In this document: positions 1 to 12,940 of the stretch, one piece after another | How the letters are laid out: each line of letters opens with the position of its first letter | Numbering within the stretch: the first letter of the stretch is position 1 | Origin: Eledone cirrhosa | Taxonomy: Eukaryota | DNA: 64,000 nt | NCBI GenBank assembly: GCA_964016885.1 | Contig: OZ024746.1 | Coordinates: forward strand, 7,130,001 to 7,194,000 | Direction of reading: 5' to 3' | Notes under the pieces: model-generated | Database searches by the model: none | The model's input: only the letters and a program-made list of their open reading frames with translations | Told to the model about the DNA's origin: nothing | Translations under genes and position numbers: made by a program

Positions 1-253
1 ATTAATTATTTCATTACTAAGATAGTAACTTAATGTAAGGTTCTTATATAAAATTATGTTGGAAGATTTTAATTTAAATTAGGTGATTTAATTTCATAGA
101 ACCAGAGCTGGGTTGGTAACTAAAGGGCTAATTTTCAACTGGTTAGCCTATATAACTAAAGGTAATTTACTTATTGTGAAGGCATGTATGTGGCCTAGTG
201 GTTAAGGTCCATACATTGCTTTTCATGATAGGACTGGGGGCCTCTATCATTAA

Positions 254-411
254 CCCTTTAACATTTATATTACTCTATATTTACTATTATATTTTCACAG
301 TAAAGGCTTTGCTTCACATAATTATCTCACATAGTATTGAATCTATGAGATTTTGATATTATTCAACATCAGTATGAGCAGTCGGTTACAGCCGGTTTAA
401 ATGCTAAAGCG
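254..411. mobile_element. piggyBac-like MITE
   Basis: TTAA|ccctttaacattta...taaatgctaaagcg|TTAA. Confidence 0.6.
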
Positions 412-785
412 TTAAAACATGTGAAAAGCCACATTGAGATGCAGCCTCTCAGGAAGCCAGCTAAACATGTATAGGTGTGAGCTATAGATTTAATTTCAGT
501 ATATTTACTGTGCAGGTTTCATCAGGTCTTAACACAGTTTCTTGCTGTAATCATATACTTTAAGGTGATTTTTTTTTATATTTCAAGAGTTATAAAATCT
601 ATTGGGAAGATAGCCTCACAAATTCTTTTGTTTCGCTATTAAAGATGAGAAATGTAATGATAACAATACTTAAACCCTACCCCCTCTCTGTAATGTGTAA
701 TAACAATACTTAATCCCCTCCTTTCTCATTTTTGGTTGTTTAAATAGTTTTAATGGTGAAATTTCCTCAAAAGTATAGAGTATAT

Positions 786-933
786 CAGGCATGTCAAACA
801 TGCACAAAGGTTTTTACAGTGTGAGCATGTTTTATCTTGGTAAAATTAGTTGTAATGTGTGCAATTAGTTGTCATGTGTGGTCCTCAGACAACACATATG
901 TGGCCCTTGGGGACCCTCAGTTTGACATGCCTG
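786..933. mobile_element. hAT-like MITE
   Basis: Perfect 14-bp TIR caggcatgtcaaac/gtttgacatgcctg; no 8-bp TSD retained. Confidence 0.7.
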
Positions 934-1127
934 CTGCATAAATGTAAAATGTTAGACAATAAACACGTGTTTTGTTTTAATTCTCCTTGAAACAGAATGG
1001 AGTATAATTTTTTGTAAATAATTAAATTCTATCTTAATTAGTTAATCCTATATTAGTTATCCTATATTAGTTGTTTTCACATATCCAAAGTGTGGCCCAT
1101 ACTAAACACTAGTGTTTGTTGGATATA

Positions 1128-1393
1128 CTAGTTAGTGACTCTGGATAACAAAGATTTATATTATTGCTAGATGAGAGCAACATTGTCTTCTCTCTCTCTC
1201 TAAACAAATGTACATATCTCTCACTTGGTGCACCCATAGATGAGGGTGATGTCGTAACTTTCTATCTACCTCTTCCTGTCACCCCAGAAACACAGTATTC
1301 CCTTTTCTCTCTCTATGTACATATCTCTCACTTGGTGCTCCCCCTCTCTCTATAAAGTAAGCATGACAGACTGCGCTCTTATTATAATATAGA
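1128..1393 (-). mobile_element. Putative non-autonomous Helitron
   Basis: Minus strand A|TCTATATTATAAT...CACTAACTAG|T: TC and CTAG ends in an AT target. The subterminal hairpin is not evident. Confidence 0.5.
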
Positions 1394-2392
1394 TTAACAA
1401 GTAATATTTTAAGCTATTTAAAAAGTTTGAGGTAATTTAAGACAGACAAGGGTTTGACAAATATACAGTTAATTACTGGTATTTCCAATAATTATTTTGG
1501 GAGTGGGGTAACATAAAAATATATTTCAATAAATATTTTAGGATCACTTTAGTCATTGTAGATATAGTTTTTTTAAACTACATTTTCAATTTGATTTTTG
1601 ATTTTTTTTGTGATAAAACTTTTCAACTTTTTACTGAAGAAAAATTGAAAAAAATGTAAACATTTACTGTTTTATTTTATTTTATTTTTTTGTTTTGTTT
1701 TGTTTTTGTTTTTATTTTCCTTACCATATTCTCTCAAGGAATTGGATTAATAAGAAAGTATTCATTGTTGCAATGAATATGTAAATGATTTCCTTTTGAG
1801 GGATCACAGAATCTAAAAATTATTTATTTTAACTCTTCTTTAGAAATTCAGTTTGAAGAAAGAGTAAAAATCTGTATAAGGCAAAATTTATATTTTATTG
1901 AAATATAAATTATTGATTCCAAACAATTGATCTATCATTTTAAATAATGTAATTGAAAAGTTAAGTGTTTTAAGTTTTTCTCGCTTGGCAGTAAAATAAC
2001 TGAAAAGTAAATAGCAATTGTCAGATATTGTACTTTTTTGCAACAAATATTATTTGTACTTTACTTTGCTGTTTTATTTATCTCATGGTTTTTGCTTCAT
2101 CAACCTTTTTTTTTTTTTTTTGTCTATAAAATATTTCAATTTTGTGTTTTAAAAAATAATGGCAAAATCATTTAGTCTTGTTTTTTAAGGACATTTAAAA
2201 ATATTAATCTATAGAATATTTATATTTTTTAATTTGGTTACATTATCTGTCTTCATAGAGAAAAGTTTAGAATGAAAGATATGATATATACTGGCAAAAT
2301 ACTATTTTTTTTTTAAGAAGAAGAAAAAAATGAATATCCTTTCAATCACATTTATGGTGAGAAGTATGTTTATTATTAATTTAGATTAATAA

Positions 2393-2850
2393 ACATTGTT
2401 GTCTGATTGAGACACAGTGAGAGTATATTTGAATTCATAGAAAAATGAGAAGACTCATCACTAGAACAGCTGTTAAAACAGCCAAATGCTGGCAATGACA
2501 GTTTGGGTAAAAATACTCCAATGGACAGCAATCAGTGGCTAGTGGTCAGTAGAGAGGCAATCCACAAGATGGACTCTCAATTAAATCATGCAAAACCATT
2601 TTACTGGTCTGAAAGCTAATGAAGGTGAAGATGTGTTAACTTATCTTGTACATCACCTTTATTTCCTTCTTCCAGTTACTTCTATATGCCAACACAGTTC
2701 TCCTTGTCCTCCTCTTTCAATCTTTTCTATATTTCAACTGCCTGTCACCTACCTTGTAGATTGTCTCTCTGCTGACCACTGACAGCTGGTTTCTGTCTTC
2801 TGAGGCATTTTTACCAATTGCTGTCATTTAGTTGTTTTAACAGCTGTTAT
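2393..2850. mobile_element. Old foldback/MITE with long TIRs; second copy at 19400-19760
   Basis: 2465-2570 is an imperfect reverse complement of 2751-2848. Interior 2572-2800 aligns with 19402-19640, and 19690-19760 is the reverse complement of 2393-2460. Confidence 0.7.
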
Positions 2851-3675
2851 ATTTCTGTGGAATAAACTACTTAACAAATGTACAGTTTTCTGAGTTTCAA
2901 TGAAACTATTAACATTTGATAGCTTTTATTAATTGGAACTAATCTCCTGCTATTTGTAGGAGATATGTCCATAATCAGTAATCTTGGATTTTTAAAAAAA
3001 TCCTTTGTTTAATTAAAAATAAATGATTACATTTGTTCTCAAAACACATTTAGTCTTTTGAGTATTTTATTTCGTATATCAGAAATCTTAATTTAGACTA
3101 AATGTTATGTTTTCTGTAAGAAATATCACAAAGGAAGAGATAATTTACAAAACATCTATTGTTTTGTGATTCAGTTATAGTTGACAGTTTTAGATGAAAT
3201 GTATGTTAACTTATTTATTTCATTCATAGGTATTGGGGTGGGGAGTGAGATTTCATTCCTAGATGTTGGGTATTGGGGAAAAAATTGAAAAATTGTTTAC
3301 TTAAATGTTACTAATAAATTATCAAAGTTTTAAATTGTAAGTCTTGTATTGTATATCCTTTTTAAGATTGCATTTGAATTGAATTTGCATATTCAATATT
3401 GTTAATGTATTTGTTGCCTTATATTTCTTTCATTACATTTCTATAATATTTCACTTCATAATTGTTCTATTACTTCATTTCAGAAATTTTGTGCAACATA
3501 AATAATTTATTTTATTCCTTTATTATTTTTTAAAAAAATTTATTGTGAAGAAACTGATTGCCTGCAACCTACTAAGGCTTTGTTGAATTAGAAGATGGGG
3601 CAAAGTGAATAAGACTGTTGTGGTTTATGGCAGGGATGTTTAAACAGAGCTCCAATTGGTTGTGTTCTTTAGAAT

Positions 3676-6600
3676 GAATGGTGTATATCGAGAGACATGG
3701 CAAATTGACAGGAATGGTGTGTCCAGAGACATGGCAAATTGACAGGAATGGTGTGTCCAGAGACATGGCAAATTGACAGGAATGGTGTATGTCCAGAGAC
3801 ATGGCAAATTGACAGGAATGGTGTGTCCAGAGACATGGCAAATTGACAGGAATGGTGTATGTCCAGAGACATGGCAAATTGACAGGAATGGTGTGTCCAG
3901 AGACATGGCAAATTGACAGGAATGGTGTATGTCCAGAGACATGGCAAATTGACAGGAATGGTGTTTCCAGAGACATGGCAAATTGACAGGAATGGTGTGT
4001 CCAGAGACATGGCAAATTGACAGGAATGGTGTTTCCAGAGACATGGCAAATTGACAGGAATGGTGTTTCCAGAGACATGGCAAATTGACAGGAATGGTGT
4101 ATGTCCAGAGACATGGCAAATTGACAGGAATGGTGTGTCCAGAGACATGGCAAATTGACAGGAATGGTGTTTCCAGAGACATGGCAAATTGACAGGAATG
4201 GTGTGTCCAGAGACATGGCAAATTGACAGGAATGGTGTGTCCAGAGACATGGCAAATTGACAGGAATGGTGTGTCCAGAGACATGGCAAATTGACAGGAA
4301 TGGTGTGTCCAGAGACATGGCAAATTGACAGGAATGGTGTGTCCAGAGACATGGCAAATTGACAGGAATGGTGTGTCCAGAGACATGGCAAATTGACAGG
4401 AATGGTGTGTCCAGAGACATGGCAAATTGACAGGAATGGTGTTTCCAGAGACATGGCAAATTGACAGGAATGGTGTTTCCAGAGACATGGCAAATTGACA
4501 GGAATGGTGTATGTCCAGAGACATGGCAAATTGACAGGAATGGTGTGTCCAGAGACATGGCAAATTGACAGGAATGGTGTTTCCAGAGACATGGCAAATT
4601 GACAGGAATGGTGTGTCCAGAGACATGGCAAATTGACAGGAATGGTGTGTCCAGAGACATGGCAAATTGACAGGAATGGTGTTTCCAGAGACATGGCAAA
4701 TTGACAGGAATGGTGTATGTCCAGAGACATGGCAAATTGACAGGAATGGTGTATGTCCAGAGACATGGCAAATTGACAGGAATGGTGTGTCCAGAGACAT
4801 GGCAAATTGACAGGAATGGTGTGTCCAGAGACATGGCAAATTGACAGGAATGGTGTGTCCAGAGACATGGCAAATTGACAGGAATGGTGTTTCCAGAGAC
4901 ATGGCAAATTGACAGGAATGGTGTATGTCCAGAGACATGGCAAATTGACAGGAATGGTGTGTCCAGAGACATGGCAAATTGACAGGAATGGTGTTTCCAG
5001 AGACATGGCAAATTGACAGGAATGGTGTGTCCAGAGACATGGCAAATTGACAGGAATGGTGTTTCCAGAGACATGGCAAATTGACAGGAATGGTGTTTCC
5101 AGAGACATGGCAAATTGACAGGAATGGTGTTTCCAGAGACATGGCAAATTGACAGGAATGGTGTGTCCAGAGACATGGCAAATTGACAGGAATGGTGTGT
5201 CCAGAGACATGGCAAATTGACAGGAATGGTGTTTCCAGAGACATGGCAAATTGACAGGAATGGTGTTTCCAGAGACATGGCAAATTGACAGGAATGGTGT
5301 TTCCAGAGACATGGCAAATTGACAGGAATGGTGTATGTCCAGAGACATGGCAAATTGACAGGAATGGTGTGTCCAGAGACATGGCAAATTGACAGGAATG
5401 GTGTTTCCAGAGACATGGCAAATTGACAGGAATGGTGTGTCCAGAGACATGGCAAATTGACAGGAATGGTGTGTCCAGAGACATGGCAAATTGACAGGAA
5501 TGGTGTTTCCAGAGACATGGCAAATTGACAGGAATGGTGTTTCCAGAGACATGGCAAATTGACAGGAATGGTGTTTCCAGAGACATGGCAAATTGACAGG
5601 AATGGTGTGTCCAGAGACATGGCAAATTGACAGGAATGGTGTGTCCAGAGACATGGCAAATTGACAGGAATGGTGTTTCCAGAGACATGGCAAATTGACA
5701 GGAATGGTGTTTCCAGAGACATGGCAAATTGACAGGAATGGTGTTTCCAGAGACATGGCAAATTGACAGGAATGGTGTGTCCAGAGACATGGCAAATTGA
5801 CAGGAATGGTGTTTCCAGAGACATGGCAAATTGACAGGAATGGTGTATGTCCAGAGACATGGCAAATTGACAGGAATGGTGTGTCCAGAGACATGGCAAA
5901 TTGACAGGAATGGTGTATGTCCAGAGACATGGCAAATTGACAGGAATGGTGTTTCCAGAGACATGGCAAATTGACAGGAATGGTGTGTCCAGAGACATGG
6001 CAAATTGACAGGAATGGTGTATGTCCAGAGACATGGCAAATTGACAGGAATGGTGTTTCCAGAGACATGGCAAATTGACAGGAATGGTGTATGTCCAGAG
6101 ACATGGCAAATTGACAGGAATGGTGTTTCCAGAGACATGGCAAATTGACAGGAATGGTGTATGTCCAGAGACATGGCAAATTGACAGGAATGGTGTTTCC
6201 AGAGACATGGCAAATTGACAGGAATGGTGTTTCCAGAGACATGGCAAATTGACAGGAATGGTGTATGTCCAGAGACATGGCAAATTGACAGGAATGGTGT
6301 GTCCAGAGACATGGCAAATTGACAGGAATGGTGTTTCCAGAGACATGGCAAATTGACAGGAATGGTGTTTCCAGAGACATGGCAAATTGACAGGAATGGT
6401 GTATGTCCAGAGACATGGCAAATTGACAGGAATGGTGTGTCCAGAGACATGGCAAATTGACAGGAATGGTGTTTCCAGAGACATGGCAAATTGACAGGAA
6501 TGGTGTGTCCAGAGACATGGCAAATTGACAGGAATGGTGTTTCCAGAGACATGGCAAATTGACAGGAATGGTGTATGTCCAGAGACATGGCAAATTGACA

Positions 6601-7900
6601 GGAATGGTGTGTCCAGAGACATGGCAAATTGACAGGAATGGTGTTTCCAGAGACATGGCAAATTGACAGGAATGGTGTATGTCCAGAGACATGGCAAATT
6701 GACAGGAATGGTGTGTCCAGAGACATGGCAAATTGACAGGAATGGTGTGTCCAGAGACATGGCAAATTGACAGGAATGGTGTGTCCAGAGACATGGCAAA
6801 TTGACAGGAATGGTGTGTCCAGAGACATGGCAAATTGACAGGAATGGTGTGTCCAGAGACATGGCAAATTGACAGGAATGGTGTTTCCAGAGACATGGCA
6901 AATTGACAGGAATGGTGTTTCCAGAGACATGGCAAATTGACAGGAATGGTGTTTCCAGAGACATGGCAAATTGACAGGAATGGTGTTTCCAGAGACATGG
7001 CAAATTGACAGGAATGGTGTTTCCAGAGACATGGCAAATTGACAGGAATGGTGTATGTCCAGAGACATGGCAAATTGACAGGAATGGTGTGTCCAGAGAC
7101 ATGGCAAATTGACAGGAATGGTGTTTCCAGAGACATGGCAAATTGACAGGAATGGTGTGTCCAGAGACATGGCAAATTGACAGGAATGGTGTGTCCAGAG
7201 ACATGGCAAATTGACAGGAATGGTGTGTCCAGAGACATGGCAAATTGACAGGAATGGTGTGTCCAGAGACATGGCAAATTGACAGGAATGGTGTTTCCAG
7301 AGACATGGCAAATTGACAGGAATGGTGTTTCCAGAGACATGGCAAATTGACAGGAATGGTGTATGTCCAGAGACATGGCAAATTGACAGGAATGGTGTGT
7401 CCAGAGACATGGCAAATTGACAGGAATGGTGTTTCCAGAGACATGGCAAATTGACAGGAATGGTGTGTCCAGAGACATGGCAAATTGACAGGAATGGTGT
7501 GTCCAGAGACATGGCAAATTGACAGGAATGGTGTGTCCAGAGACATGGCAAATTGACAGGAATGGTGTGTCCAGAGACATGGCAAATTGACAGGAATGGT
7601 GTTTCCAGAGACATGGCAAATTGACAGGAATGGTGTTTCCAGAGACATGGCAAATTGACAGGAATGGTGTATGTCCAGAGACATGGCAAATTGACAGGAA
7701 TGGTGTGTCCAGAGACATGGCAAATTGACAGGAATGGTGTTTCCAGAGACATGGCAAATTGACAGGAATGGTGTGTCCAGAGACATGGCAAATTGACAGG
7801 AATGGTGTGTCCAGAGACATGGCAAATTGACAGGAATGGTGTGTCCAGAGACATGGCAAATTGACATGAATGGTGTATGTCCAGAGATGTAAATTGACAG
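3676..7900. repeat. 34/36-bp minisatellite, about 122 units, three interspersed variants
   Basis: Unit gaatggtgt[g|t|atg]tccagagacatggcaaattgacag. Confidence 0.98.
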
Positions 7901-8019
7901 AATCTTTAGAGATTTGAATAAAATGCTTTGTTCTATTTGTTTCTGTGCTTTCTAAGTTAAAATGCCACTGAAATACCAGTCTAGTACTGGAATCAATTGT
8001 TAGGGTGAAAAATTGTCAA

Positions 8020-8165
8020 AATCATTAGAGCAGTGTTAGATAAAATGCTATGTGATGTTCATTCTGGCTCTCAGCACTCTGAGTTCTAATCCTACTAAGG
8101 TTAACTTTGCCATTCATCCTTTTGGAAATCAATAAAGTACCTGTCCAGTACTGGGGTTGATTTTT
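8020..8165 (+). mobile_element. Degraded SINE copy
   Basis: tagagcagtgttagataaaatgc...gagttctaatcc...ttaactttgccattcatcctttt...ataaagtacc. Confidence 0.6.
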
Positions 8166-8198
8166 CTCTATTTTCTTTTTTTATCATGGAAATCAACT

Positions 8199-8411
8199 GT
8201 GGTGAGACTTCTTGAGATATTGTCTCAATTGAGTTTTATATGTGATGACAACACCCATAGACTCGAGCAGGAATTGAGGGCTCAAGTAAGATAGTGTTAA
8301 GAAAGTGGTGAGACTTCTTGAGAGATTGTCTCAATTGAGTTTTTTATGTCATGTCAACACCCACAGACTCCAGCAGGAATTGAGGGCTCAAGTAAGATGG
8401 TGTTAAGAAAT
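8199..8411. repeat. Tandem duplication of about 106 bp
   Basis: gtggtgagacttcttgaga...gtgttaagaaa occurs twice. Confidence 0.9.
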
Positions 8412-8663
8412 GTATATTTAGTTTCAAGTTACCAATTTCTGTATAACTTAAACTGCTTATTTCTCTGTTCAGATGTATTTATTAAAAAATGCTGGCATAT
8501 TTTCTATCTGATTACTATAACTAATTATGAATGTATTTGTATGTGGCATCATCATCATCATCACTATTTAACATCTATTTTACATACTTATCTTGGATAG
8601 ACAGCTGTCAAGTGCTGAGGCCTGACTGGTCAGATGACTAGGTCCTGCCCATACATTTTGTTT

Positions 8664-9170
8664 GGCTGGATGTCCTTCCTAACACCAATCACTTTACAGT
8701 GTGTACGGGGAGCAGGGTTTCTATGGCTGGATGTCCTTCCTAACACCAATCACTTTGCAGTGTGTACTGGGAGCAGGGTTTCTATGGCTGGATGTCCTTC
8801 CTAACACCAATCACTTTACAGTGTGTACTGGGAGCAGGGTTTCTATGGCTGGATGTCCTTCCTAACACCAATCACTTTACAGTGTGTACGGGGAGCAGGG
8901 TTTCTATGGCTGGATGTCCTTCCTAACACCAATCACTTTGCAGTGTGTACTGGGAGCAGGGTTTCTATGGCTGGATGTCCTTCCTAACACCAATCACTTT
9001 GCAGTGTGTACTGGGAGCAGGGTTTCTATGGCTGGATGTCCTTCCTAACACCAATCACTTTACAGTGTGTACTGGGAGCAGGGTTTCTATGGCTGGATGT
9101 CCTTCCTAACACCAATCACTTTGCAGTGTGTACGGGAAGCAGGGTTTCTATGGCTGGATGTCCTTCCTAA
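8664..9170. repeat. 61-bp minisatellite, about 8 units
   Basis: ggctggatgtccttcctaacaccaatcactttacagtgtgtactgggagcagggtttctat. Confidence 0.95.
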
Positions 9171-9530
9171 TGTCAACCATGTGTGGAAATTGATTCCCAT
9201 TTTTTTTGGTTATGGGGGCTTAAATGCCCTGTTATTAGACTATTTTCTCTGTAGTCAAAATACATTGAAAAGTTTCTAATTCCATTTTCAAATGTTCCAT
9301 CTCTGCTGTGCTCCATTTACATATAGAGTGCTGTTAATTTTATAGTTTCTAAATTTAACAGAGGAGCAGCTGTTGGGTTTGTTAGTCTAATTTGTCCAGC
9401 ACACTTATCCGGACAATAAGCAGTGTCCTTTCTATTCCAGCATGTGTTGATGTCCATTTTTTGTTTGTTATGGGAGCTTAAACTTGTTATTAGACTTTTT
9501 TTCAGTAGTCAAAATATGGTGAAAAGCTTC

Positions 9531-9860
9531 ATCATTATTTAATGTCCTTTTTTCTACGCTAGCATGGGTTAGACAAATTGTCCTGTTGTGAGAAAAGCCG
9601 GGTCAGGTGACCATGTCTTGCTCATACAGAACTGATTTTAGCTTGGTTTCTATAGCTGTATGTCCTTCCTAACACCAACCATATTTACAGTGTGGGCTGG
9701 ATGCTTTTTATTGTGACACCTACATGATCATTTTACAGTGAGTACTGGGTGCATTTTCTCATGGCACCTTCATGGCTACTTTGCTGTGTGGATTTGGTGC
9801 TTTTTGTTGTGACACGTACACAATCACTTTACTGTGTGGACTGGGTGCTTTTTGTCATGA
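9531..9860 (-). mobile_element. Dispersed repeat with an RTE-like 3' tail and an internal ~50-bp tandem region; other copies at 8547-9180 (-), 18235-18450 and 27195-27650 (+)
   Basis: gggtcaggtgaccatgtcttgctca..ggtttctata/ggctggatg.ccttcctaa..ccaac..tttacagtgtgg matches the reverse complement of 27480-27650. The tail resembles the RTE 3' end at 28210-28260. Confidence 0.75.
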
Positions 9861-9870
9861 CAAAAAGGAA

Positions 9871-9958
9871 ATGCTTACAAGCAGTCCCCCATCTAAGTAC
9901 TAACTATGCTCGACGTTGTCTAACTTTGGTGATCGGACGAGAACAGTGTTTTCAGCGT
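9871..9958 (-). pseudogene. 5S rRNA pseudogene (5'-truncated, internal 3' deletion)
   Basis: Minus strand reads acgctgaaaacactgttctcgtccgatcaccaaagttagacaacgtcgagcatagttagtacttagatgggggactgc/ttgtaagcat, then tccttttt. This follows the animal 5S consensus with a Pol III terminator-like T run. Confidence 0.85.
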
Positions 9959-9979
9959 CAATTTTTAATCACTGTTATA

Positions 9980-9983
<4 letters not shown>

Positions 9984-10038
<55 letters not shown>
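9984..10038. repeat. (GT)n microsatellite
   Basis: Pure GT run. Confidence 0.95.
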
Positions 10039-10042
<4 letters not shown>

Positions 10043-12589
10043 TCAGTGGTTCTCATTCATTTCACTATGAAGAACCCTATTTATTTAAATGAATTTTCCC
10101 ACAAACCTCAGACTTTTGAAAGATCTGTCTGCTCAACAATCACACAGGGGTCTGCAGAGAATTACTAAATAAATATCCAACCAATTGATTATAATTGTTT
10201 CTTAAAAAAGATATTCTTGGAATATATTTTAGCCTGTACTTGTTTGTCTTATTATCTTTAACAAAATATTTTCTCCAATACTTCAAGCTTTACCAGGCAA
10301 TGTAATGTTATAACAATGTGGTAGGTATTGATTTGAGGGTAAACAACTCCCCATTGCAAGACTCAGTTGATGTTCGTTATTTTGATATTTCAAATTGGTA
10401 ATTGTTATTGTAAAATAACTTTGAATGATTGTGCTGAATCAGAGCAATACTCCAGGTGAAGACTGTAGGAAATACATAGCAGTCTATTATCTATAATATT
10501 GTACCATTACAACAATGTAACAGTGATACTACAGGGATGGCTATCTATGAAGTTTGTAACCATATGGTTTCAGCTTTCATTGTGTGTGTGGGGGGGCTTA
10601 GATGTCTTTTATTATAGTGTCAGTCATTATCAGTTATAAAACAAACATTATCAACAATGTTTGGATAACTAGAACTATTACTTTCTCTCAGGGTCTCAAA
10701 TAATAAAGGGGGTTTGGAATAAGTGAGGGGGTGGGTGGAAAATCTGTAATTTTTCTAGGTTTGATTGATTTTTTTTGTAAACCAGAATTAGTGGTTTAAT
10801 CTTCATATTGAGACCCCAGCTCATCCTATTTATTTTATAATATATGGGATTTCTAGTAATGTACTTTTTTGTCATGTATAATGTTTTTTAATGTCTAAAG
10901 AAAATTAATTGTAGCAAGAATGCTACCACATAAAATAAAATTTTGCTGGAAATAGAGTAGCAGAATTTAATTAAAAATCTGAAAAATTAATATTGGAGGG
11001 CGGGGTATTGAAGACCCGAGTCACCAGTAATATCTTGTTTTATATTTTCATGAAAGTCCCCCATACACACACAAAAGACAATTGTAATAATTTTGATGGG
11101 GTTTGGTTTTCATGTAACTGTTAAGGTCCTGTACTGCTTGGAACCCTTATTAGTAATATGTTGTTGAAAAGTATCAAACAGCACTATGACTGCATCACAA
11201 AGCTTTTAATTTTAATTTACTCAAATTTTCACATTGATCTATCTTCTAGGAAAGATATAAAAATTTGAATTAATGAATCTTGTTTTAAGATATTTTCTGC
11301 TGAATCATTGCATACCCTATTAGAACTTTAGAAGTTTGACCCCTTTCAAATTAAGGTTTTTTAGCAATATAGATTCTGAAGTCTTAGTAAATATTGTAAA
11401 TTATTTATATATGAAAATTTTCCAAAATAAATAATTTTTTATTTAATATTTATATGGAGACTTCAATATCAAATGAAAAAAACCATGTCCATAAATATAT
11501 TGCTCTAAAGAACTTAAAGCTTCTTTTTAATTTTCAATTAAAAAATAATGTCTATATATATAGATATATATTTGGTGATAATTCTAAATGTTTGATTATG
11601 AGTGTGTACAGTGTGTTTTTGGACTTCAGTAGACCTTTTAAAGTTCCAATAAATATATTTTAGGTAAAATATAAAATATTTAATTTTTTTAAATATTATA
11701 TATTAAGTAATTATAATGTATTAGATATTATTATTTTCTTTATAATTTTTAACATATTTTTACATGGTAGAAAATTCAAATTGGATTAGGTATTTGTAAC
11801 TCTACCCCCTCCCCCATGAAATCTTGCCAAAAATTGAACATACAAATGTGACAGGGTCCTCATTCCCATTTGGAGTGGTAGAAACTCTGAGTAAGAGCTT
11901 CACATCATATCAAGTGTCCCATGCTAGTATGGAAAGAATTTAACTTTGATCATATCAACTAACCCTGTAATGGTGACCTGTTCAGCGGAGGAGACTCTCA
12001 GTTGTGTCGTACAATAACATAGAGATAAAGAACAATGGCTTCAGTGCCAAACTGACTGATGTGTTTCATAACTAAGTTCTTAATTTCAAGTCTTCATTCT
12101 AATTCTGATTTTCAGTTGGTTGGGAACTAATGTTTTTTTTTTAAATGTCGTAGATATACTTTTTTCAAAAACACTTCTTTACCTCTTAAAATCTGAAACT
12201 AAATTCTTCCTATAAAGTGCTGTGTCTTGTAATTTCTTATATTTAATGTTATAATTTACTGATATTTCTATTGCCCCTACTAGAAGATATCTGCTAATGT
12301 ATTTTTGTCTGTGTCTAAATATTTTCTGGACATTCTCTCTGATACTTTCACCTAAGAATTTCTTTTCACATGAAATGTTTCTGATTTTAATACTTTTTTT
12401 TTTTTTTTTAGTGGTTTTATTGATTTTGTTACTAGTTGATTTAGAGTTACTCTATAATTTGGAGAGTTAATGCTTTGAAATATGTTATGAGGTGCTTTTG
12501 GTTGTATAAGAGATCATTGGTAAGGTCATAATATGGCTAAAACATGTCCAGAGTTGTCCTACATGCTTGCCTAAATAATTAAAATAATT

Positions 12590-12672
12590 GTTTCTATTTT
12601 TGGCACAAGGCCAGCAATTACCCAGTAGATTACTGGTACTTTATTTTATCGACCCCGTAAGGATGAAATGTA
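12590..12672 (-). mobile_element. SINE 3' fragment
   Basis: ggcacaaggccagcaatt...actggtactttattttatcgaccccgtaaggatgaaa is the reverse complement of the 20240-20345 body. Confidence 0.7.
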
Positions 12673-12940
12673 GAATTTTCTAATGCTCCCTGTTTTAAAT
12701 GTCAGCAGTAATTCATTGTAAAGTGGTTCTTGTAGGTTAATGTATTGTAAGACATATACAGAAGACATTTAGTTGGTGTATACTGGATTAAAAAAGTATT
12801 GTTCCTGGTTCCCCTTGTATAAGGGGAATCAGGGGCAGAGATCAATAATTGATTTTGTTATTGTCTCTGATCTCTTTGATTCTGTGTAGTCTTTGATTTC
12901 TCATAGTTTTTTATCTTCTGCGGAACATGCCTGACATTAA

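Noticed and set aside
3572-7867. Three ORFs of about 1400 aa on the minus strand
   Set aside because: They result from a stop-free 34/36-bp minisatellite; all three frames give the same cycling peptide.
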